This document shows, piece by piece, positions 57,599 to 64,000 of a DNA stretch of 64,000 nucleotides (the stretch's first letter is position 1; the number at the start of each line of letters is the position of its first letter). The DNA comes from Hormiphora californensis (lineage: Eukaryota > Animalia > Ctenophora): positions 1,054,001 through 1,118,000 of the forward strand of contig CM035362.1 of the NCBI GenBank assembly GCA_020137815.1, given 5' to 3'. A program made the position numbers and the translations under genes. The notes beneath the pieces were generated by a model, which searched no databases, had not been told where the DNA came from, and was given only the letters and a program-made list of their open reading frames with translations.

Positions 57599-58713
57599 AA
57601 GGAAGAGAGTGGAATGTGATCCAGCTTGTGGAAGCTCTAGATATAGATCATTAGCAATCGTATGTTCAATTACTTTTTTCTACCCTTCTCCTACAATTAT
57701 TAGTGTATTGTGTGTGTGAGAGAGAAACATTAAATGGCGACTTTACTTTGCAACACTTCTCAGTGTGAATAGTATTTCACTTTGTCAAAGACTACTTTTT
57801 TTGATATTTTGAGAGTTACAATACTATGATGAGTAGTTCAATATTTCCTAGTATGTATTAGCTTTGATTAAACTACATTACACAGGATATGGCGGATATA
57901 TTTGCGTGCTAAAACCCTTTTTGCAGTTTCCGGGATTCTAGTCAATATTTACTGAACTTGAATTCAACATACCTAATAAATTAGTATCGATATGTAATAT
58001 TAAACTTAATTTTCTATTATCGCTGAGTATAATTGCCGTGTATTGCTAAGCTTTTTGTATACACTTTCCTAATACTTTTCTAGAATAGACTGCAGTTCCG
58101 ATCCTTTTTCACTGTCTTTTTTTCTATACTGGCTTGTGAGCTGTCTTTATTTTGTGTGTATCTTCCTAGTGTCTACATTTCTCCGTGACCCTTCCGTGTT
58201 GCAATAATATTCATCTGGTTTCCATAGTAATATCTTTAATTCTCCTCAATTCATAGTGTGTTTTTTGTATCCATCATCATCTCTTCTATTTCTCTGTGTA
58301 GGCTCTTCGATCTGTTTCCTAGACTCCTAAACCAACTGTGTTTTACTTATACATACGATCACAGTACTTCCCCCATCCTTCATCCCTCGCTCAAACAACT
58401 CATCTCTCCCACATACACACACATACACTAACACACGCTGTGCGTCACTCAGAGCTGATGTTCCCATGACGGGGGTCACTGTAACGCGCGAGAATACAAA
58501 TGAGAGGTTCCTCGCGCGACCAACCTTAAGCGCATTTACACGCGCAAAATTAAAGCCGCGCCGCGTGGTAAATTAAAACGTAAAATTTGAACTTGTGAAA
58601 TAAAAAATTTCCAGGCTGAGTCTGTTTTTGTTCTTGAACTCCTCTCCACCGACAGCTTCACACCAACTCCAGCCCTTTCAAAGAACCAAAATCACACTTA
58701 AAATAGTGGGAAA

Positions 58714-60751
58714 ATGCCACAGGGACCAGTCAAAGCAAGCCATGAGTTTTCGGTGATCCGCCGAGCCAGCTCACTCGAATCAATTCCCACGGAAGAGAGT
58801 CGTCCGGCTGCCAAGGTAGACATTAGGCCTAATTTGTAGTCAATTTAGGGTAAAAAGGCAGTCGAAATATGATAATTAGCGGGAAAACGTTAAAATCTGG
58901 GTGCCTTTCATTGCTAACAATTCGTAGTTTTGGCGCGCGCGACGGGTTAGGGCTATCCGTTAGGGTCTGGTTAGGGTTTGGTTTGGGGTTACCGGTTAGG
59001 GCTATCGATTCTCTAACTGATACCGTTTAGTTTACACAAATCGGCCATGTGGTTCCATGGCTATAGCCGTTTGAAAAAGTCGGTCTAAGTATACTCTTTT
59101 GGCAGCGCGCACCTGTAAACAGGCTGCAAGGCACCCAGATTATAATCGCGCCCTAATTAGCGTGGTAATAAGGATGGGGAAGACTGAATGGGTTTGGGAA
59201 ACACAAATTGACCCATATTCCCATCGTTATCAGGTTGACGTTAAAGTAAAACGACATAAAAGAAGCAACAGCGTTGGAACGAGCCAGCTAAATGAAAAGT
59301 TTATTCGTTCCTTCCAGCGAGAAAGAAACATGTCCCCTCCTTCCCCGGTAAGAAGTTGAAAAATAAACAACACAGATCCACAAATGCGATGTAACAGGCA
59401 GTTTTGGATCATAACTCATCTGCTCGGGGCGTCCCACGACACCAGCCCTCTGGGAGTTGTCGTGAGGCAACCTCAATCGTGAGGTCCCGATCTAAACTGC
59501 CCCCCCCCCCCTCTAAAACCCATTATTTCGCAGAGTATTCACGGAGGATTACACAACATACGAGATGCTCTATATAGGAATTCTGGTACTGCTGATTCCT
59601 ATATCAATCCTTCTGTCCCTGTATTTGGTATGAGTCACACCCGATCCTTGGATTGCCTTTTTGAGCTTGAGAACCTTACTCTCAGCCATTCCCCAGCGGT
59701 GAGTGCAGTTATAATCTATATCAACTATGTAATATCAACTATTATATGTAATCAACTCCTGTAAATTCAAAATTCCGTTTTATTTCGTGACCTATGTTCC
59801 AACCTTATTCCCTCCCACATTATCATATTATTTATCTGTCTGCTGTACGTCACAGAATATTAAAAGATGTTTTCTTGTCGTTTCCTTACCAGAAAATTCA
59901 GATCTAAAATTCTCAAGTCTCAAATGATTATTATATTTTGATGAACTCAAGTCTAAAGCACAAAATTCACCCTTTCATTCCCTTTCAGACGCCTCATGAA
60001 GGCCACAAAGCGCCCCTACCTCACTGTGCCTGTAGAAGGTGCAGCCAGACCCCAGACGACTCCCCAATCCTACATGCTCGGTCCATATCCCCTGGTTTGG
60101 ATTCCCCAGATGCCTTCAAGATTGGCTCCTCACCTCGAGTCAACTGCAGTTTTCTGTTTGCCCAGCAGCCCCCAGCTACTGCTGCAACTGCCACATGCAC
60201 AAGGTAAGATAGCGGGGGACGATATCAGGGCTGGATTTAGCAGGGGGTCTATAGTTTCCAGGGAGGGGTTGGAGAGAGAGTTATAACATGTGGGAACCAA
60301 ATATCAGGTTTTTAGTAATCAGACCGGGTTAGGTTTCCCTACTAAATTCATTTTGTCCCCCTCACAATGTGTTTAACTATGACCTGTAACCTCCTTGTGG
60401 GTGACGTGTCATGTGTGGGATAAATATAGGATTGATGTTGAAAGGAATGACTTTAAACAATAGTTCTGTAGTTTTTGTAAATGCAGGAATCTAACTTTTT
60501 TAAACTCTACAGAAACCAATGAACTATCTAAACGCTGCACTCCTCAGACAAACAAATGTGTAGTATGTGTGTGGGTGTGTCGTTCTAATTACCCAAGTTC
60601 TGCGGTCTATTATCCAAGTCTAGTCTATCTCTAATTCTCTATCTTCTTTTTACCCTTTTTCACATTCACTCTCTATCTATCTCTCTCTCTTGTTTAAGCT
60701 GCTGTACAACTGCGAATTCATTCAAGGTGTCTATCTCTCGAACCTTCTTTT

Positions 60752-60834
<83 letters not shown>

Positions 60835-60935
60835 TTCTCTATCCCATTTCGAAGTAACTTCATTTTCATTTGCCACCGTCTTCTGGACGAGAGGAAGGGA
60901 GTTATAATGGGTGGGTAAATTCCAAAGAAGCTGCT

Positions 60936-60976
<41 letters not shown>

Positions 60977-62081
60977 GTAGCAAAACCATAGTTCTCAAGC
61001 AATGGACCGGGATGTAGCTCACTAAACTGTGCTAAGGGAGGGGCCACCAGGAGTTACAATTTCATTAAGCCACCCGGTGTACAATGCAACTCATATTTTT
61101 ATCCTCCTCCTAGTCGAATATTTTGTTTTCTTTTTCCAAATATTTTTCATCAGGGGGCCCGGGGGCTTCAAAGGCAGCATCAGCACAGTGCAATAACATT
61201 TGGTCGCCGAACGCAGTGACAAAGAAAAATACCGAGAAACAGTCTATTCTCTTTTATTTGGGGTGATGCCAGTTTCCTATAGGCCTCCTTCCCTCTCTCT
61301 ATCCACCATCTATCCCAGCCCTATCTCTCTATATCCCTATATATCTCTCCCTCACTCTATCAGGTAACTATAGCAACACCATAGTCCCCTTTATCTAATT
61401 GCTGATCTCGAACCAGTGGCAGCAGGTCACTGCTACCCTGTCACCTGTTAACCAAATTCCCCCTTTTCCGGAGTTTCTAAGTGTTTTTATGAAGGAGCAA
61501 TAATTCGTTTTATGAAGGAGCAATAATTCGTTTTATGAAGGAGCAATAATTCATTTTATGAAGGAGCAATACAAAGTTTTATGAAGGAGCAATACAAAGT
61601 TTTATGAAGGAGCTGCTGCAGGTGTGTGTCTGTGTGAGCGATGTATTAATCTGAGATTCCTCATGCAATAACATATCACGCACACAAAACTCAACTGCGC
61701 TATGTATGCATATTGTACTATACACTCATGATCTTGATTTATCTATTATACTCTCCTTTCATCGTTCTTTCTCTCCGTCTCTCTCCGTTCTCTAGTTTAA
61801 TTCATGCCCCGATCCATCTCATATTGAATATTTAATGTCTCATTCCCACGACCCAATAATCCTCTCTTCGTCCCTATCTTCACATTTCCATGTCCCGGGG
61901 TTGCATGTATGAACTATACAATTCCTGGATGTAAGATTCTACTATTTCCCCGGTATAGTACTGCCAGGGCACTGGGCAGAAAGTGGAAAATGGGATGGCA
62001 TAATGCCAGCTGATGGGGGATCATTGATTAAATCATTATACGTCCGATGACAAAATTAAAATGTGTATTGCTAAGGCAAGT

Positions 62082-62139
<58 letters not shown>

Positions 62140-62148
62140 TCTCCTCTC

Positions 62149-62189
<41 letters not shown>

Positions 62190-62831
62190 TTTGTTCTCTC
62201 TCAGTCTCTCCTCTCTCTCTCTCTCTCTCTCTCCTTTTCCTTCCGGTGAACTCATTAGAGCTATAAATCTCACGTAAGTTTCGCAAATGTTTTTCCGTAG
62301 AATGGCCCTTTCCTCTCGTACCTAGTACTAAGAAAGGAAGGGAGAAGGGTAGGGAGAATGTAGAGCTATTGGAGTTATCATGGGAAGAGTTCTACCATTC
62401 CCAAGAGAACTGTTCATATTTGATTGCTGTGTCACGAGACTAGCACTACAAATGCAGTAGCGATTGGATGCATTAGAAAGTGTGATGGAGGAAGGGAAAT
62501 AGTAGCAGAGCTGAGATCGTGCAATAATAGGTCGACTATTATAAACACAGGCCTGTCCTGCCTCCTCGTACTAGATTGTCCATATAGGGCATAAATTTAT
62601 GACATGATGTCTCGCACTCTTTAGGTTCCCCCCAGCGGTTTGAGACACTACGTAATGCTAACATCTCTCGCTCTCTTTCACAGGGGTTCACTATCAAGTC
62701 TCGATTCGCTGGAAACGAGTGCTCCAGATAAATCAAAGATCAAGATTAGTTTTAGTAATAACAGTCTTTTCAACCGGCCTGCGGGTGGTGCAACCTGCGT
62801 TGCTGCAACCAGACGATCTCCTGCCGAACAG
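58714..62831 (+). CDS. GLCCI1/FAM117-family protein, 3' end unresolved. Exons 58714-58815, 59234-59347, 59534-59698, 59989-60203, 62684-62831
   Basis: Phase-consistent GT-AG exons giving IRRASSLESI, RHKRSNSVG, SSPRVNCSFLFAQQPP and APDKSKI, matching the recalled family blocks RRTxSLD, HxRSxSWG, SSPxPNxSYxFxREPP and CPDKNKV in the same order. Confidence 0.7.
61485..61613. repeat. 22-23-bp minisatellite (TTTTATGAAGGAGCAATAATTCG-type), ~6 copies
   Basis: Directly visible tandem copies. Confidence 0.9.
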
Positions 62832-62834
62832 GTG

Positions 62835-63178
62835 AGTTTGTGAAGGAGTAATGGATATGTTTATGAAGGAGTAATGGATGTGTTTATGAAGGAGTAATGG
62901 ATGTGTTTATGAAGGAGTAATTGATGTGTTTGTGAAGGAGTAATGGATGTGTTTATGAAGGAGTAATGGATGTGTTTATGAAGGAGTAATGGATGTGTTT
63001 ATGAAGGAGTAATAGATGTGTTTATGAAGGAGTAATGGATGTGTTTATGAAGGAGTAATTGATGTGTTTGTGAAGGAGTAATGGATGTGTTTATGAAGGA
63101 GTAATTGATGTGTTTGTGAAGGAGTAATGGATGTGTTTATGAAGGAGTAATGGATGTGTTTATGAAGGAGTAATGGAT
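62835..63178. repeat. 23-bp minisatellite (TTTATGAAGGAGTAATGGATGTG), ~15 copies, starting at the splice donor
   Basis: Directly visible tandem copies with no spacers. Confidence 0.95.
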
Positions 63179-63431
63179 GACCACATTTTGCGTCATTTCA
63201 ATTTAATATCTTCAACTCGTTTGGCGATGGTGTTCCTTAGAAATCGCCAGAATGGCGCCTCACTATTTCTCACTCCTCGTGTATTGTCCTCTCTTTCTCT
63301 CTCTCTCTCTCTTGCTTCTTTCGTAATTTCGGGAGAAGAGAGGGGAGAGAGAGACTGTTGGCTTCCGGCCAGTTGCATGCAGTGTTCACGACACGTGACG
63401 CTGCATCTTTCTCTCTCTCTTTCTCTCTTTC

Positions 63432-63469
<38 letters not shown>

Positions 63470-63483
63470 CTCTTCTTTGTCTA

Positions 63484-63545
<62 letters not shown>

Positions 63546-64000
63546 ATCCCCCTTTTAACACGTGACAACACCCTTCAGACGTGTCAATAGAAGAACGAAG
63601 CTGAAGATGATAAAAGCTCAGTAGTTTCTTCGGCCAATTGCAGAGAGATAGGAAAAAAGAAGAGGATCTAGGATTGTGTGTATCTTGTAACAGAGATGGA
63701 CGGTGTCGTTTTTTCTCAAGATGAAGGAACAATTAATATTTTTTCCGCGTTTTCTTTTCGATATAATTACCTTATTATGATAGGCCGTCAGACTAAAAGA
63801 GCTTAGAATTTCGAATTTTTAGTTGTAATATGTACACCCCAAATTCTTGGAGAAAACATCAGAAAGTTTCACCAAATTATTAATCATCGTGTTTTCACTT
63901 CTCTCAATATATCGGTTGTTTTTGGATCATTTCTTGAAAGGTTTACTCTATGATGGTTCAACGATCCCCACTCAGCTCGGTGGCTCTCAACTGCTTCGCA

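Noticed and set aside
58943-59002. TTAGGG-like motifs
   Set aside because: Few, degenerate and intronic; not a telomere; probably a repeat remnant.
62835-63178. CRISPR-like 23-bp periodicity (also the 32-bp array at ~39150-41150)
   Set aside because: Units are contiguous with no unique spacers; eukaryotic context; no cas genes.

Overview
Eukaryotic, intron-containing, (CT)n/(GA)n-rich animal DNA. A ctenophore origin is inferred from the style of the nested divergent GPCRs and the compact genes; it is not proven. Genes reconstructed by hand with GT-AG, phase-consistent exons: a small 2-TM protein; a 6-exon secreted precursor with an IL-17/Trunk-PTTH-like cystine-knot-type C-terminus; an 18-exon TMEM260 (minus) with a nested same-strand GPCR and two giant palindromic DNA transposons in its introns; a head-to-head CIAO3/NARFL, followed closely by OGFOD1 and COA4; a makorin with a nested antisense GPCR; and a GLCCI1/FAM117-family gene. 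A ~15.8-kb inverted duplication (17.1-32.9 kb) mirrors the TMEM260 3' half. It is probably a fold-back or assembly artefact, but one block differs mostly at synonymous sites, like a second haplotype or paralogue. Segments ~13.95-17.1 kb and ~47.2-47.8 kb are homopolymer-degraded, low-quality consensus. No CRISPR, rRNA or tRNA was recognised. All homology calls are motif recognition from memory, not database searches.
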